From Candidatus Latescibacterota bacterium (GTDB lineage Bacteria > Latescibacterota > UBA2968 > GCA-2709665): a stretch of 64,000 bases of DNA. Each line of letters starts with the position of its first letter. The first letter of the stretch is position 1. The notes beneath the pieces are model-generated. The model worked only from the letters and a program-made list of their open reading frames with translations, was not told the DNA's origin and made no database searches. This document shows positions 62,523 to 64,000 of this stretch, piece by piece. The stretch covers positions 1,088,001-1,152,000 of the forward strand of contig OZ241917.1 of assembly GCA_965203805.1 (NCBI GenBank), given 5' to 3'. The position numbers and the translations under genes were made by a program.

Positions 62523-63800
62523 TCACTCTTCCGATAAACGCCAGTGTCGCCGGATCGGTACCGGTACGATCGTCGTCTCCCAGTAGTCCTCGGGCAGGTC
62601 CTGCCACCTCGCCATGCTCCGGGCGTCCGCGTCCCAAACCACCTCGCCTTTGCGGAGCGTCAGCTTGCACACCAGACGCTCGTTCCCGTCCATCCGCCCC
62701 CATCCGCAGTCCCGGAAGGAAAACGCTCCCTCGAGGCGCGCGAGCACCGCGACGTCGGCCTCCGCGCCGACCCCGAGCGTGCCCAGGTCCGGCCGGCGAA
62801 TCGCCTGCGCCGGCGTTGCCGTGGACCGGTAGATCACCTCCCGCAAGGGCATTCCCATCAGGAGACACTTGGACATCGTATCGGTCATGCTGACCACGGA
62901 CCCGTGGATATTTCCGGTATGCAGGTCCGTGCTGATGGAATCCGGCGGAAACCCGTCCGCAATGGCGGGTACGCCGTTGCGGAACCAGAAACTCGCCGCG
63001 CCGTGGCCCAGGTCGAACCGGACACCCCGGTCCCTGGCCTCGAGCATGTGTTCCCGGACCCGCCCGTTCCCGTCCACGACGGGAAACTGCCGGGCGAAAA
63101 CGTGCGTGTGAATGTCGCCGGGACGCAGCTTCCGCAGGATCAGATCCCGGTAGGAACGCTCGGGCGGACGGGGCCAGAAGTCGACCATCACCGGCATCCC
63201 GCACAGGTTGCCCGCCTCCACCGCCCGCTCGACGGACGCCCACGGAGGATGGCTGGCGTCGAACGGTCCTCGCGGCCAGTAGTGGGCTGTCTTGATACCC
63301 ACGACCACGTCTCCGTGATCCGCCGCTGCCGCCGCCGCGCCCGCAGCGTCGAACGTGCTGATGTCCTGCTCCGAATTTCCCATCCCCGGAGCGGAGATGT
63401 TGACAAGCGCCAGAATCCGACAGGTCTTTTTCTCCATCACGGTCTGCCTGAAATGCGCGATTTCCTCACATCCCGCGGTCCCGGTATCCACGCAGGTCGT
63501 CACTCCGTCGCTCAGAAAATGCGCATCCGCGTTCAGGCTGCTGGTGAATTTTCCGGACCCCGGGTCCAGCCGGGTGTCGTAGGCATGGACATGAATGTCC
63601 ACCAGCCCGGGCGTGACCAGCAGGCCCGATACGTCGATGACGCGCGTTGCCCGGTCCGCGGCGATCCGGTCCGAAACTTCGGCGATTCTTCCGTCCCGAA
63701 TGCCTACGTCAAGGCTCCCTTCGACTTCGTTCGCGGGATCGATGACGTACCCGCCCTTAAGCAGCAAATCCAACCGAAAGTTCTCCGTCACACGTTCCAT
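62523..63800 (-). CDS. amidohydrolase/deacetylase family metallohydrolase (dihydroorotase-like)
   Basis: PGLVDIHVH, GVTTCVDTG, GDIHTH, DLGHG, SISTDLH, GAEADVAV. Confidence 0.88.
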   Translation of the reverse strand: MERVTENFRLDLLLKGGYVIDPANEVEGSLDVGIRDGRIAEVSDRIAADRATRVIDVSGLLVTPGLVDIHVHAYDTRLDPGSGKFTSSLNADAHFLSDGVTTCVDTGTAGCEEIAHFRQTVMEKKTCRILALVNISAPGMGNSEQDISTFDAAGAAAAAADHGDVVVGIKTAHYWPRGPFDASHPPWASVERAVEAGNLCGMPVMVDFWPRPPERSYRDLILRKLRPGDIHTHVFARQFPVVDGNGRVREHMLEARDRGVRFDLGHGAASFWFRNGVPAIADGFPPDSISTDLHTGNIHGSVVSMTDTMSKCLLMGMPLREVIYRSTATPAQAIRRPDLGTLGVGAEADVAVLARLEGAFSFRDCGWGRMDGNERLVCKLTLRKGEVVWDADARSMARWQDLPEDYWETTIVPVPIRRHWRLSEE

Positions 63801-64000
63801 TTTTCCAGGCTCCTTTATTGGGAATTCATCGGGTTTCCACCCGCCCACTAGAATTTTGAAATTGCACGACGGTACGTTATATTGTAGACCCCTTGCCCGA
63901 AGTCGCACGCGTTCGACGCAACCGCCGGCAGGAATTGAATCAAACAGGATTCAGCCCGGCACATTTGCGAAGGAAACACCGTGAAGCGGAAGAAGCTCGG

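Noticed and set aside
63981-64000. Start of a plus-strand gene at the window edge (GTG AAG CGG AAG AAG CTC)
   Set aside because: Too little sequence to call.

Overview
GC-rich bacterial chromosome segment. Gene content (long-form IspG, tatA-gatA adjacency, GldAFG-like transporter, many Gfo/Idh/MocA-, DegT- and enolase-type enzymes) suggests an FCB-superphylum organism; this is inference only. Housekeeping blocks (mutS2-ispG-dnaG-tRNA-Ile(CAU); ilvN-leuACDB-cimA-argJ-aspC-accA; comEC; truA-htrA-pssA-tatA-gatAB) flank a ~15 kb minus-strand defence island at 6.3-21.3 kb. The island carries type III R-M res and mod, DUF1828, hicB-hicA, an AlbA/Schlafen protein, a TIGR04255-family three-gene module with an ART-like ORF, a RelE-like/UvrD helicase fusion and a Cas4-like nuclease, plus several decayed remnants. 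The most striking signal is inside mod: a four-helix-bundle (23S rRNA-IVS/Avd-like) gene is nested on the same strand in the +1 frame, bracketed by inverted arrays of a 7-nt repeat, while the mod frame stays open across the whole ~470-nt insert. A second, gene-less pair of the same repeat arrays lies ~650 nt away in mod. A second highlight is an ECF sigma factor fused to beta-clamp (DnaN) domains II-III. All family calls come from motif recognition by eye; no searches were run.
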